A stretch of 64,000 bases of DNA, from the NCBI RefSeq assembly GCF_001194135.2, contig NC_068983.1, forward strand, positions 78,794,108 to 78,858,107. Direction: 5' to 3'. Each line of letters opens with the position of its first letter. Positions within the stretch are counted from its first letter, which is position 1. A program made the position numbers and the translations under genes. The stretch is from Octopus bimaculoides (Eukaryota). The notes beneath the pieces are model-generated. The model was not told where the DNA came from, ran no database searches, and saw nothing but the letters and a program-made list of their open reading frames with translations. Positions 1 to 13,593 of the stretch are shown here, one piece after another.

Positions 1-553
1 TGTGTGAAGAAACATGTATGCTCTTTCCTCTTTCTATTTTTCACCATCCAACAAGAAAACAAGAAAGAAAAAACTTGGAAGTAATTCTCCCCCACTTAAG
101 CACATACACTCTTCCTTCCACTATCGCTTCATCTCTCTCTCACTCTGTCACTGCCATTATGAGGTAGTCTCCAGCAAAGAGAACATGCCATATGCAACTG
201 TTATGAGAAAAAAAAATGGGAAGATTCAGAATACAGTTTGGGATTTATTTACTTATAGAATTTTGAGACAGATCAGATGAGGTATAGCTTTATAAACATT
301 AAGGTATGTCATGATAGATGGATGGTTTTAAAAATTCTGTCAGGTTATGTCCAAGAGAAATAAAGCAGTGGGTACTAAACTGAGTAAGGAGTTTCAATTA
401 TTGATACATATCCAGCAAGATTTTACTTCAAATTACTCTCTGGCAACATATTACAAAGGCCCTCTGCACTGAATTCCTGCAGTATCTTGTTAATGCCAGC
501 CTCATTTGCATTACAAAATAAATCCAAGATATGAATATGAAGCTAGAAACTAA

Positions 554-790
554 GGCGGCGAGTTGGCAGAAATGTTAACATGCCAGGCAAAATGCTTAGT
601 GGCATTTCGTCTGCCGTTATGTTCTGAGTTCAAATTCTGCTGAGGTCGACTTTGCCTTTCATCCTTTCAGGGTCGATAAATTAAGTACCAGTTATGCACT
701 GGGGTCGATGTAATCGACTTAATCCATTTGTCTGTCTTTGTTTGTCCCCTCTATGTTTAGCCCCTCGTGGGCAATAAAGAAATAAGAAAG
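554..790 (+). mobile_element. tRNA-derived SINE, family A (GGCGGCGAGCTGGCAGAA head; CCTTTCATCCTTTCGGGGTCGATAAATTAAGTACCAG central domain)
   Basis: Same head, central domain and A-rich tail recur at 4486-4954, 16181, 25785, 27405, 50345 and 54590. Confidence 0.9.
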
Positions 791-1065
791 TAAAAGGAGA
801 AACGTATGTGAAACAACCTAAAGATGATTATAAGCAAAGAAAACTAAGTTATTAGTTAGTATCAGAGTTTCTAGCAGCAAAATTCCGAATCTTCCAGACA
901 TACAGATTAAGGCATTCTCACTTTGGGGAATATTTACTTTGGGAGGTGTACTTAATAACTGAAAAGCTTGTGTAGAATTGAAGATCAATGAGAGAACTTC
1001 CAAGAAATAGATACTGCCTTTGTTTTTCTCTATATATAAACCAGACATTATACATACATATGCAT

Positions 1066-1070
1066 GTGTG

Positions 1071-1148
<78 letters not shown>
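1066..1148. repeat. Compound (TA)n(CA)n microsatellite
   Basis: Direct reading; it accounts for the YIYI/HTHT ORFs in the ORF track. Confidence 0.95.
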
Positions 1149-1149
<1 letters not shown>

Positions 1150-1599
1150 GATATTCCTCATATATACTTATATGGGAAGTATACTGTTGCATAGCTATGA
1201 AATATGGGTTGTAAATTTTGTAATTGAAGATGAATGTATTTGTATAGGTTCCATTAGACTGCAAGCATTGTAAGCAGTGAAATATAAGTAACTTGAGAGG
1301 GCATTATTCAGTTTACACAGGAGACAAATCTGAATAAATATAGACGTGAAAGATATATAGATGACAAGGAGTGGTGAGTTTTTCTCTTAAAAATTACTGA
1401 AGTATCTTGTAATGAGATGAAGTAGATTAATCATATCTGAGAAAAGTGATCTCACACAAAGTGATATAAATTTGAGACATGGCAGATTGCAAACCAAAGT
1501 AAATCCTCTTAATAACAAGCTATAGAAACAACAATAACAACAACATAATATACTTTTAAAAACATTGAACTAATGATAAAGCATTTACATGATTGCTTG

Positions 1600-1745
1600 A
1601 CCTACGAAAAATGGTAGCCAAATGTCTCTCAAATCATTTGCTGTTATTTTAAAAAGGAAGGATACGTTGGATAAGGTAGTCTTAAATACACTATATTTAA
1701 AAACAAAAATCAGTGGACCATTGCTGGAATGTCTTTGATAAAAGG
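1600..1745 (+). mobile_element. Old interspersed repeat, family E (AAATAGCAGCCAAATCTCCCTCAAATCAC...GGATAATGTAGTC...GCTGGAATGCCTTTGAT)
   Basis: Diverged copies also near 7700-7810 (minus), 15620-15790, 18700-18790, 19990-20190, 32350-32500, 56530-56710 and 60800-60900. Confidence 0.6.
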
Positions 1746-1747
1746 TC

Positions 1748-1800
1748 CAAGGGGGTGCTAAAAAGTTCTTGGCTTTAAGGTATCACAAAAGGCCTGAGTT
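1748..1800 (+). mobile_element. Mariner/Tc1-like terminal inverted repeat fragment
   Basis: AAGGGGGTGCTAAAAAGTTCTTGGCTTT resembles the mariner-type end (TA)CGAGGGGGTGCTGAAAAGTTCCTGGCTTT; no partner end seen. Confidence 0.35.
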
Positions 1801-3156
1801 TTTTTCAGTTTTTCAGTTACTGCCACCCTACATGAGTCTACATTTCACTCTTACATTTCGAAAATCGCTTAGTTTTGACAACTTGACACTCTTCCTATTG
1901 CTAGTCACTTTCTAGAGTGTACTAAATTTTAGGCAAGGCCCCTGTACTAGAGAAGTTGCTATGTCCTCAGTAAGATGAAAGAGTCCTCTCAGCCCTACAT
2001 TGTCTCAACTTATTCACCAGCTACTTTACAGTGTGTACAGGATGCATGTTATCACAGCACCAGCACTAAAGAGGGTGCCTTGCATAAATAATATGAGAGC
2101 ACCTGAGAACTATAGACAATAATTTCATTATTATTTTTATTATTTTTATTATTATTATTATTATCATTATTGTTATTGTTATAAGCCTTGAGAATTCTCT
2201 CTTTCCTAATAGATGACTTCTAGTCATGGCCATATCACAGATATCAAAATATCTGTCGTTTATCCAATACTAGAAGTTATTTATACTCATCTTATTATTT
2301 TCAGACAGAGAATTCATTAACTTGAATTTTATTAGTGGGAATCTAGTATTTCTTGTGTATTAAAGGAACATTTTTTCATACCTAATTATATTGGAACACT
2401 AACGAGTTAGCCATTTATCTATTGTTAAATGTCAGATACTGTCAAATTGTCAATGGTATCACTTAATATTCTTGTACAGAAACAGAATGTTTTAGAGATA
2501 CAAAGAAAACAATATTATTAACACCGTTAATAACACTATTAATAGCACAGTTATTAACACTTTTATTTGAGAATCTACTGTACCATCAAGATGCATCTCC
2601 ATGTTATTGAGGTGTGTACAACATTGTTGTTTTTGAGGGTGGGGTTAGTGTACCGTTGTGTTTATATGCTAAATCTGTTTTGCTTTCTTATTGGGGTTTG
2701 CTTTGTTGTTTCTGGTCTCACTTTAGAGTTTTATCTGTTTATTATGTAGAAAATGCACTTTATGCAATTTATAGAATATGTATTTTATGAGTTGTGTCAC
2801 AGCATAGCTCAATTGTTTGTTCAATGTGTGGTAGGATAGCTGAATGAACAGAGAAATCAACTCACAGCACCATTTCTCCAAAGATTCCTGGAATAAAGAG
2901 TTCCTAACCCAAAACTATTGAAATGCAAGGTAAAAGCACAGACCATCGATGTGAATTATTTCTCATAACTTGCATTGCTTTGCTCGATAAAAAAAAACAA
3001 CCCAAAGCATTTGTATTTATCAGACAATGCTTCATGCAATGCAAACTTTATGCGTGTATGTGTGTGTATACATGCAAACACACATACAGACAGATAAACA
3101 GACAGACAAACAGACAGATAGCTAGATAAACAGACAGACAGATATCAGATTAGCAG

Positions 3157-3209
<53 letters not shown>

Positions 3210-3468
3210 NNNNNNNNNNCACATGCACACACACACACACACACTCTCTCTCTCTCTCTCTCTAGGGCTTCAAAGTGTTCATGTTCTACTTTCAAAATTT
3301 CACTCCCAGTATGTTAATCAATCCATGGCTACAGTAGAAAACAATTGTCCAAGATGTTGTATGGTGGAGTTGAACCCAGAGTTGCACTATTACTGGCTGA
3401 TACAAAATAAGCTGTTTGTTACAAACTATATAATTAAAGTTACTGAACACACTTTCTCTGCTCCCCAG

Positions 3469-3505
3469 ATTAACATTTTGCTGAAAAGGTCATATAAATT
3501 TCTTG
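3469..3505 (+). CDS. Candidate internal exon (INILLKRSYKFL+G), gene unidentified
   Basis: Acceptor CTTTCTCTGCTCCCCAG, donor TTG|GTAATG, one open frame; could be chance. Confidence 0.15.
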
Positions 3506-4485
3506 GTAATGTTTCACATGTATTAATCTCGTATAATTCTCCATTAAAACTGGTCAACTGTGAAACTTCCCATACTACCATTATAGCTCTGTAGCTTCAA
3601 TATTTCATTAAATTTCATATTGGTAAACTAATATTGCTAATGTATAAAACTATAGTTAACAGCCATCAAATCACCTCAGTTCTGTCCCTGTGTACAATTG
3701 GATTGATTTTACACTAGCCTTTATATCAACTATTCTCTCCACTTCATCAACAATATTCATGTTATAAAATTCCATTTACTATTGACATAATATATTCTTC
3801 GTCAGAACAATGATTTCTATACTCTAGGGAAACCAAATCCTACAGCATTTACTTTGAACTAGTAGTAACACTGCTTCTTAATGGTCACATTGATTTTAGC
3901 AAGATTACCTCCCCTTGCAATTTACTAATATCATCAGAAATATTTATGGCACTCATAAACTTGAAAACTAATATTATGCGAAGCAAAAGGTTATGACCTC
4001 ACTTCATTTTATTAACTTAATTTCCTTACACGACATGTTGTTTCAGATTTGAATTATACATTGGTTTTCTTTTTCTTACTACTATTCCCTTTAAGTTTCT
4101 AAATTCACTGAGATAATTTAATGTTATACACAGTGACAGCAATATATTCCTGAATTATTTCCGTGCCATAACTGTAGTTATGTCAACAGATAAACACTGT
4201 TAGTTGTGATATCAAAGCAAATGATTTACTTAACTATAATAGCCCAAACTCCATTTAATATGTTAATTTTATAGTGTAACACCACAATATGTAAGACAAC
4301 TGTATTTATATATCCAGAAAGCTTCTCTCAAGAAGTTAAACCAATTATAGAAAATCTATTGTTTATTTACTGTTTTGCAGCTAGGTCTTCTTACCTAAGA
4401 AGCTTTTCTTGTTGCTGATGTTGTTGCTGATGTTTAGCCTCTGATTGGTTCTAAGGAGCAGATATTTATAAATTGATATTTGTTT

Positions 4486-4703
4486 TAATATTGGTTTAAA
4501 ATTTTAGCACCAAGCCAGCAATTTTGGTAAAGGAAGTAAGTCAATTAGATTGGTGCCAGTGTTCAACTGGTACTTATTTTATTGACTCCGGAAAGAATGA
4601 AGGGCATGGTCAACTTCAGTGGCATTTGAACTCAGAACATAAAGATGTATGAAATGCCACTAAGCATTTTGCCTGGCATGCTAACAATTTTGTTAACTTA
4701 CTA
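4486..4703 (-). mobile_element. SINE family A, diverged copy
   Basis: Reverse complement of the family A central domain and the GGCCTTGTGCC-AAATTTGAAACCAATATT tail. Confidence 0.8.
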
Positions 4704-4733
4704 ACTAATGCTTGTTTTGATATTAATAGATAT

Positions 4734-4954
4734 TAAGGCAGTGGGCAGAAAGAACCATTAGCATGCTAGGTAAAATGCATAGCAGCATTTCATCTGTCTA
4801 TATGTTCCGAGTTCAAGTTCCACTAAGGTTGACATTGCCTTTCAATCTTTCTGGGTTGATAAAATAAGTACCAGTTGAACACTGGAGTCAATGTAATCAA
4901 CTTAATCCCTCCCCAAAATTGCTGGCCTTGTGACCAAATTTGAAACCAATATTA
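4734..4954 (+). mobile_element. SINE family A, diverged copy (head-to-head with 4486-4703)
   Basis: Head TAAGGCAGTG..., central domain GGTTGATAAAATAAGTACCAGTTG, tail CCAAAATTGCTGGCCTTGTG. Confidence 0.85.
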
Positions 4955-5237
4955 CTTACTATTCATACTCTCTAGTGCTTTTTGCATGTATATTCTTGCA
5001 TGTGTAGAAGATTACATTGGTTTAGCTCTACTTCAGAATTATGAGTACAAAATTGTCAGTACTCTGAATATCTCATACAACCATATTTTAAATGATGTAT
5101 TTAAAAGATGTCTTAAGCTCCTAATTTTTAACTAGTTGAGTCAACCATATGTATGGAACATATTATATATAAGAGGGAAGACTGCACTAATTTGGTCATA
5201 TGATGTTTTTAGATGAAACTAATTATGTAAATAAGTG

Positions 5238-5345
5238 TTGATTGCTTACATCTGAAACAACCTATGGACAAGAGTAACCCAAGAAGACCTGGGAAGAGGT
5301 GGTGGAAATTAATCTCAGCATATTGAACCTTACAGAGATGAAAAG
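5238..5345 (+). mobile_element. RTE-clade LINE ORF2 3'-end fragment
   Basis: Translates to PKKTWEEVVEINLSILNLTEM, matching the RPRKTWxEVVxxDL terminus of the RTE copies at 31270 and 33840. Confidence 0.45.
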
Positions 5346-5731
5346 GACTTTGATGATTGGATCTATACAGTACTTGAGAAGAATCCATCAACGTTCTGAA
5401 AGGATAAAATGTACTCACATTATGTATGCATAAAACAGCATCCCTCACCCAAATTTACTGTCAAGTCTACAGCTGCTGCTTCTTTTTACTTTTCGTCTTC
5501 TATTCCTACCTTTCTATGTCCATATTTTGAGCCACTTCCTATTTCCATCCATCCTCCATTCTTACCATTTGTCACCCACAACCCATATTTGGCATCATTT
5601 TTACTATCATTTGCCCTCACCCTAGTTTTAACCATCTTTCACTCTCTTGTACAACTTTTAACCCCAACCCTCATTTCTTTATTATTCATCCCTCCATCAT
5701 TCTCATAAATACTGAACTATTCTGCTGCAGT

Positions 5732-6047
5732 GTGGAGGCGCAATGGCCCAGCGGTTAAGGCAGCAGACTCGCGGTCAGAGGATTGTGGTTTCAATTCCCA
5801 GACCAGGCGTTGTGTGTGTTTATTGAGCAAAAACACCTAAATGCTCCACAAGGCTCTGGCAGGGGGTGATGGTGACCCCTGTTGTATTCTTTTGCCCCAA
5901 CTCTCTCTCACTCTTTTTTCCTGTTTCTTGAGTAACGCTGTAATGGACTGGCGTCCCATCCAGCTGGAGGGAACACATATGCCATAGAAACCAGGGAACT
6001 GGGCCTATGAGCCTGGCTAGGCTTTAAAGGGTGCATAAAGAAAAAAA
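5732..6047 (+). mobile_element. tRNA-derived SINE: family C head with the alternative (GATGGACTGGCGTCCCATCCAG) tail
   Basis: Head GGAGGCGCAATGGCCCAG; A-tail; exact 13 bp TSD ATTCTGCTGCAGT at 5719-5731 and 6048-6060. Confidence 0.92.
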
Positions 6048-6545
6048 ATTCTGCTGCAGTAAATAATGAAATTAGAACTTGTTATTCCAAACCATAACGT
6101 ATCACCATTTCTGCACTACCAGTCACTATACCCTCTCCTCTGAGCTACCCTCAACTGATATATATCCTTCTCATTGCAAACACTCCTACACACACTTGTA
6201 TTTACTATCCCTACCCATGCTCACCACTCTCTGCATTCATCTCCTGTGTACATTTTTAATAATGTGCTACTGTAAGTATTGTTAGTGCTCTTATGTTATT
6301 GAAGCAAACACGACAAGAACTGATGATGAAGGACAGGAGAGAGAAAGCGAGAGAGATGACCGAGTGGTATTGAGCTGCAGGAGTAGGGAGAGTACTTTGG
6401 CTCATTGTGGTAGGGTTAATTGATATTACATGTGGGTGGAATACACAGCACTTCTTGAACACTGTTTTGCTGAGGTGGGCAGGTCTTCTCAAGAACTGCA
6501 TATCACCAGACATCTCATATATGAATGTATATATGAGTTGTGTGA

Positions 6546-6559
<14 letters not shown>

Positions 6560-6598
<39 letters not shown>

Positions 6599-6756
6599 NN
6601 NNNNNNNNNNNNNNNNNNNNNNNNNNNNNNNNNNNNNNNNNNNNNNNNNNNNNNNNNNNNNNNNNNNNNNNNNNNNNNNNNNNNNNNNNNNNNNNNNNNN
6701 NNNNNNNNNNNNNNNNNNNNNNNNNNNNNNNNNNNNNNNNNNNNNNNNNNNNNNNN

Positions 6757-6813
<57 letters not shown>
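6560..6813. repeat. (AG)n microsatellite spanning an assembly gap
   Basis: Direct reading. Confidence 0.9.
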
Positions 6814-6816
<3 letters not shown>

Positions 6817-7247
6817 TGTTTTTGTTTATGTATATATGTATAAGTGTATAAAATGAGTGGAAGAAGCAATTATGCATTACATATGTTTCAAAAATGCTTG
6901 GAATTTGTATTATGTAACAGTTTCAATGTTGCATAATACAGGTACCATGCACTTTTGACACATATGTAGTGTATAAATGCTTCTTCTGTTCCTTCCATTC
7001 ATTTATTCAATTATTGCATACTAAGCAGTGAAAGCTGCTTTTCTACTGGAGTTGTGTAGCATCTGTCATCTTATTAAGAATACTTTATAATTTTGATATG
7101 GAACAAAGTGTGTTTGGTGCATGAATTATTATACTTTATTGATCAATTATCATTTCTTTCATATATATGCTAGAGGCTAACCAAGTGTTTCGCCATGATT
7201 GATTGGATTCCAAAACATTGATATATATATATATATATATATATATG

Positions 7248-7280
<33 letters not shown>

Positions 7281-7290
7281 NNNNNNNNNN

Positions 7291-7338
<48 letters not shown>

Positions 7339-8442
7339 TATATGTACATATGCAAACATATATTTGTTTACATGCATATGTGTATGTGTGTGCAACTGTG
7401 TGTCCGTATGTCAGTGTGTGTGTGTGTGTTGGTGTGTGTGTGTATCTTATCTGTATGTAGTAAATAAAATACCAATTTATACTCTGTTTAAATAAAGAGA
7501 CACTTGTTTTAGCCAAAGATTTCTATATTTGTTGCAATATATTTGATTTATGCATGGATATATGGGCTCCAATAATAAATGCACAGAAGTAAATTAACGG
7601 AAACTGCATGCTTGAAGCAAAGACCAGATGTTGCTTAGATGGTATGCAGGAAACTACAATTATTACTTAACCTCAGGTTAAATCTGACTGAACATTATTA
7701 TGTAACCAAAGGCTTCCAAAACAGGGCTGCTTTATCAAATATATCCTTCCATTTTTCAAAACTATGATGTAATATGAGGGAGATTTTGCTACCACTTCTA
7801 CTAGGCCAAGTAACTATGTTAAGGTTTTCTTGTTGGCTTATTAGTGTTGGTATTAAAGGAGATAGTGATGAGAGTGATGATTGTTTCAGATAAACTACTG
7901 CAGCTGAGTAAGAAAAGAGTAGAAAAGGATACGGGTGTGTTGATTCTGATAGCAACAATGATTCTATCTTTCCAACTAACAAGATAAAATTAAAGATGCC
8001 TGTATAAGAAGTGTCATGCTGTTATAAAAAGAGAGAGACATTGAGACACTGGACAGTATGCAGGGTCTGATGTTAAATAATTTAAATACAAAGAGTGTTC
8101 TTTATATGAAAAAAACAAGGCATGAGAACATAACAGTTTACTAAGTACTTATCTGATGTACATAAAACACAAGACTGTGTTGGTATTAACATGTAATGTA
8201 AATAGACGAAAATGAACTGTTGAAACAATTGTAATTTGCTGACTGTAAATGGGACATGCAGTAAATAAATAACATAGAAAATATGAGAATAAAGGGTGAG
8301 ATTGAACCTTTAAATCGGTGTTTCTTAATCTTTTTACACTTGCATAATCCTTAAAATAAATTACATGTCTCAAGGAATCCCTGCACCAAAAAGATTATAT
8401 ACCATATCTCATATTTTTTTCAGCGTAGTTCACATGGTAAAT

Positions 8443-8484
<42 letters not shown>

Positions 8485-9011
8485 AACAATATTAATATGC
8501 CAATTTGTTTTTTGTATGTACCTGATGCATGTGTCACACTTAAGAGAAAGAAATTATTGAAAGAAATTTTGTTGCTTAAATAAAAATTTTTAACTAGATC
8601 TCTTGTAATTTCTGGAAGAGGTTTGAAACCACCATCTATGTGTTGTATTACTACTTCTCAACCCTCAAACCTACTGGGCCACCGAAGCAGCAACAACCTT
8701 AACAAGGAAATTAAGAGACTTAAATTTGACATGTGTGTTGAGCAAGTGAGAGAGAAAGAGAGCGAGTGGCTGATAGGCATTTGAATTCCTTTCGATGATT
8801 GAACTCAAATTGATGCCTATCTATTAAAGGCCCAGCCACACACACACACACACACACACACATGTTTTAGGTCTTCTATCCATTTCAATTCGACCATACA
8901 CCAGATAACAGGTCAAGTCTTATGCTTCAAAGTTTTAATTTTGAATTTGTTTTAATTATAAAATTACACCACAGCTAAAAAACATCTTTGGCTTTTGAAT
9001 ACAACCTTTTC

Positions 9012-9555
9012 TTTCTCTTGCTATATTTTTGTTGAGTTACAATTTCTATGTTTAGGTCAGAATTTTTCCGATTTCTTTTTTCTTGTATCAAGTAATGGAT
9101 GAAAGCTTTTAAAAAAAATAAATTCATAGAGCCAAACAAAATCAAAAATATTAATTCTATTTTTTCCCTTTCCTTAATACTAATAAGAGCATAGTATGAG
9201 ATGGATTTGACTATTATTTCTAGCAAATTGAACAACCACACAGAGTTGTTCAATTGGCTCATTTGTCAATGTGTATAAGTAAACAAAAACTAAAAGACAC
9301 ATGCACACACACACACACACACATCTATATATGTGTGTGTAGTGTTGATGTGTGATAATAAGTGTCATGTGGTGGAAATAAATGCAACTTTCTCTTTCTC
9401 TATTTTTTGTTAAGTTAGAATTTTTCTGTTTTGGTCCGGATTTTTCCAATTTCCTTTTTCTTGTATCAAGCAATTGATGAAAGCATTTAAAAAACCTTAA
9501 ACACATAGAGCTGAACAAAATCACAAATATTAATTCTATTTTTTCCCTTTACTCT
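9012..9555 (+). repeat. Two diverged ~160 bp direct repeats (about 9012-9175 and 9390-9555)
   Basis: Shared TTTTTCTTGTATCAAG...GATGAAAGC...CATAGAGC...AATATTAATTCTATTTTTTCCCTTT. Confidence 0.8.
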
Positions 9556-10127
9556 TTACTTTCCTACAATATAATTAATCACCATATCCTATATAAAGTG
9601 TCCTTGCATATTAGGTGAGTATTTCAAAACTATTTTCACCCTTTAAACAAAAAATGTCTAATATGTTTATATATGTTTTTCAGTTGAAACATTCTGAATC
9701 ATTTTGGAGATTTATTGTTTTAATAACAAGTTTTAAAATATGGGTAATCATATGAGGGATGCAGCACAAGAGCGTCAGAGCAGAAGGAGAGAACAGTTGC
9801 ATGAGGAACAGCAGGAGGAAATAAGGAATCAAAATCACATGAGGATAAGTCAGAGAAGAAATTAAATAAGCCAAGAGGAGAGGGAGTGTATCTAATGGTA
9901 TAGAAGGGAAAGAAACCAGCAAAGGATAGAACACATGAGACAGGACCAAAGAGAAGTGTATTTTCAAAATAAAAGAGATAGTGATCAACAGAATTGAGAA
10001 CATATTAGTCAAGAGCAAAGGCAGCTATACTTAGAAAATATGAGAAACAGAACTGGATCTCTCTTGGCATACCAGTAAACCACAAAATTGCACTAGCCAG
10101 CATCACCACTACCTCCAAGCCCATCAT

Positions 10128-10526
10128 ATGAGTGGCTGTGTGGTAAGTAGCTTGCTTACCAACTACATGGTTCCAGGTTCAGTCCCACTGCGTGACACCT
10201 TGGGCAAGTGTTTTCTATTATAGCCTCAGGCTGACCAAAGCCTTGTGAGTGGATTTGGTAGATGGAAACTGAAAGAAGCCCGTCGTATATATATGTGTGT
10301 GTGTGTTTGTGAGTCTGTGTTTGTCCGCCTCCACTAACATTGCTTGACAACCGATGCTGGTGTGTTTACATCCCTGTAACTTAGCGGTTCAGCAAAAGAC
10401 TTCGATAGAATAAGTACTAGGCTTACAAAGAATAAGTCCTGGGGTCGAGTTGCTTGACTAAAGGCAGTGCTCCAGCATGGCCACAGTCAAATAATTGAAA
10501 CAAGTAAAAGAGTAAAAAGTAAAGAG
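10128..10526 (+). mobile_element. tRNA-derived SINE, family B (GAGTGGCTGTGTGGTAAGTAGCTTGC head, internal TA/TG microsatellite, GTAAAAGA tail)
   Basis: Full-length match to the copies at 21334, 13274 (minus) and 58161. Confidence 0.92.
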
Positions 10527-10527
10527 T

Positions 10528-10561
<34 letters not shown>

Positions 10562-10604
10562 GGATCGATCGATCGATCGATCGATAGATAGATAGATAGA
10601 TAAA
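10527..10604. repeat. (GATA)n microsatellite with a (GATC)n core
   Basis: Direct reading. Confidence 0.9.
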
Positions 10605-10712
10605 ACTTACTTGGAAGAGGATATGTGGCATTCAATTATATAATAATATAAATAATATATATATTTATATATATATATGCATATATACATACGTATATAC
10701 ATACATTTATAC

Positions 10713-10776
<64 letters not shown>

Positions 10777-11637
10777 GTATAAATGTATGTATATGTGGGT
10801 ACAGGACGTCATGAAATGTGTACAACAAAAAATTGAAAGTACGAGTACATGGAATATGAATTATTTTTACAAACAACGAAAGACACAAATGGAAAACAAG
10901 ACAAACAACATAAAGATCAATCCTTCTTCAATTGTTGGCTGTTATTCTACTCTCGTATTTCTAGCATTTAATAAAAATATACACATTCAATAAAACAGTT
11001 GCTCCCACAAAGCAAATTAAATAAAATTTGGGATTTTGTGGAGGGTCAACGATAGTAACACAAAGAGGACAGAGAAAACAAACAGGAAGGGCTGCTAAAC
11101 CTAAATGAGGTTGTGGTGGTGAGTGTGTAAATCAAGCTTGGACAGGAGACAGGCAAGAATATGTCTTCTTTGTTCCAGCTACAACAGAGAGAAAGAAACA
11201 CAAGTTAGGAGAAGAAAGAAAGATGGCTGATGGTCATGTGGGGTCCACGTGAGCAAGGGAGGAAGTGTGAGAGAGAGAGAGTGACAGTGTAATAGGATAG
11301 AATAGTGGGAGAAGAGGAGGTAAAAGAATGAGAGAGAGAAAGAGAGAAAAACGAAAGAGTAAAAAGATCGTATAGAGTGCACATCAGAATTTTTTAGATA
11401 AAATTTACTTGGAAGAGGATGCGTCGCATTTCCCTCCAATTAAACTGGGAGACTTAATTATTTACTCTAGTTGGAGAAATACTGGCATTGATATATTCTA
11501 TTCAGATATTATCTACAACTTTAAATTCTCTAATATGTAAAACATAAACACTAACTACTGGTGACGTCTCACTTGTTATTGGTCAATCAAATATATGTAT
11601 CAGAAAGAAAAGACACATTAGATAATGTGATCCTATA

Positions 11638-11920
11638 TATATCATCATCATCATCATCATCATCATCGTTTAATGTCTGTTTTCCATACTGGCATGGGTG
11701 GGATGTTTTGACAGGAGCTAGTCAGCCGGAGAGCTGTCCAGACTCCAATTGTCTGTTGTGGCATGGCTTCAATGACTGGATGCCCTTCCTAATGCCAACC
11801 ACTTTACAGAGTGTGCTGGGTACTTTTTACATGCTACCAGTATGGGTGCATTTATGCAGCACCAGCATGAGTGAACTTTATGTGGAAGCAGCACCTGTAA
11901 AGGACAAGCTTGTATGTATG
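11638..11920 (-). mobile_element. RTE-LINE 3'-end / SINE-like repeat, family D, with (CAT)n tail on the plus strand
   Basis: CATCATCGTTTAATGTCTGTTTTCCATACTGGCATGGG...GGATGCCCTTCCTAATGCCAACCAC matches the 3' end of the RTE at 30657. Confidence 0.85.
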
Positions 11921-11928
11921 GATGACAG

Positions 11929-11969
<41 letters not shown>

Positions 11970-12206
11970 AGAGTATTGTATTGAGAGTTTATAGCAGAGA
12001 CTCCATCTAAGAATATCTGAAGAAGGAATTGTATTCCGANNNNNNNNNNTTGTATTGAGAGTTTATAGCAGAGACTCCATCTAAGAATATCTGAAGAAGG
12101 AATTGTATTCCGAAACATCATCGGACTATAGATAACTAAATTACAACAGGTATATAGTCCATTTTTGTATTATGGTGTGTTGTTGTTCCATTCAAAACTT
12201 TTTATT

Positions 12207-12245
<39 letters not shown>

Positions 12246-12334
12246 TATATATATTTATGTACATACTATATACATACAAATATATTTATCTATACATACA
12301 TACATCATACATACATATATATGTGTGTATGTAT

Positions 12335-12590
12335 ATACTTGAGAAGACTCATCAAACCAAGTGAAATCATAGTCATGGCTGATGCTGGTGTCACATAACT
12401 GGCCCTCATGCAGGTGGCACATAAAAAGTACCCAGTACACTCATGAGTGGTTGGTATTAAGAAGGGCATCTAGCTGTAGAAACAATACCAAATCAGACTG
12501 GAAGCTAGTGCAGCTCTCTGGCTTACCAGTTCCAGTCAAACTGTCTAACCCATGCCAGCATGGAAATCAGACACCAAATGATGATCTTGA
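12335..12590 (+). mobile_element. Family D (RTE 3'-end) copy
   Basis: GTGGTTGGTATTAAGAAGGGCATCTAGCTGTAGAAAC...AACCCATGCCAGCATGGAAA...ATGATGAT. Confidence 0.85.
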
Positions 12591-13273
12591 AACAAGACGG
12601 GATAGTTGTGACCTTAGGTTTGCTCAAACAAGACTAACCTGGATCTAGATAACTGCACTATCAGTAGATACAAAAGTTTAACACCTTTTTCATGAAAAAA
12701 GAAACTAGTTTTTATCATTAATGTCTGTAGTTGTCTCAAATATTTGTTACATTTGGACATATTTAGATAAAATAACTCAGCTGCTGTATGAGTCTAGTGT
12801 TTATTAACTCTATTCTAACCCATTTCTATCATTTGCTTTTCAGTAGAATTCTGGTTTAAACACCCCATATAACCTCTCATAACTTTTTAAATTTTTGAAA
12901 TTTCCAGAAAATTTTAGCGAAATTTTTCCTACACATAAGAATTCATACTTCTATGGAAAAAAAGAAATTTTTTTAATCCCGCTATGTCACCATAAATCCT
13001 AAAATTTCTATTCTTTTCTGAATCTTTCTTTAAAATCAGAGTTGAAAATATGGACGCTCTGAATATTTTTGCTTAAATCCTAGAAGTGGACCACCCTTGG
13101 ATGCATCATAATTCCATTAAAAGTATTTATGGAGAGAAAAATATTGGTAAACATCAATATACATCAGAGGGACAAAGAAATGAGGATGATATCAGATGGT
13201 CATGGGATGTGCTAAATCACCCTTAAATCACATACACAAAAAAGAATTCTTTTGTGCTACTTTTCCTCTAATT

Positions 13274-13490
13274 ATACTCTTTTACTCTTTTACTTGTTTC
13301 AGTCATTTGACTGTGGCCATGCTGGAGTACCACTTTTAGTCGAGCAAATCGACCCCAGGACTTATTCTTTGGAAGCCTAGAACTTATTCTAACGGTCTCT
13401 TTTGCTGAACCGTTAAGTTATGTGGACGTAAACACACCAGCATCGGTTGTCAAGTGATGTAGGGGGACAAACACAGACACAAAAACACAC

Positions 13491-13543
<53 letters not shown>

Positions 13544-13544
13544 G

Positions 13545-13593
<49 letters not shown>

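Noticed and set aside
4395-4450. Apparent minus-strand polyQ exon (NQSEAKHQQQHQQQEKLL) with a GTAAGA donor
   Set aside because: It coincides with the (GTT)n-type tail of an old repeat; no independent support.
7698-7982. 94 aa minus-strand ORF with a strong polypyrimidine acceptor
   Set aside because: Its 3' half is a family E repeat copy read through by chance.
11975-12115. Exact ~65 bp direct duplication
   Set aside because: The identical copies flank a 10-N gap, the typical signature of an unmerged contig overlap.
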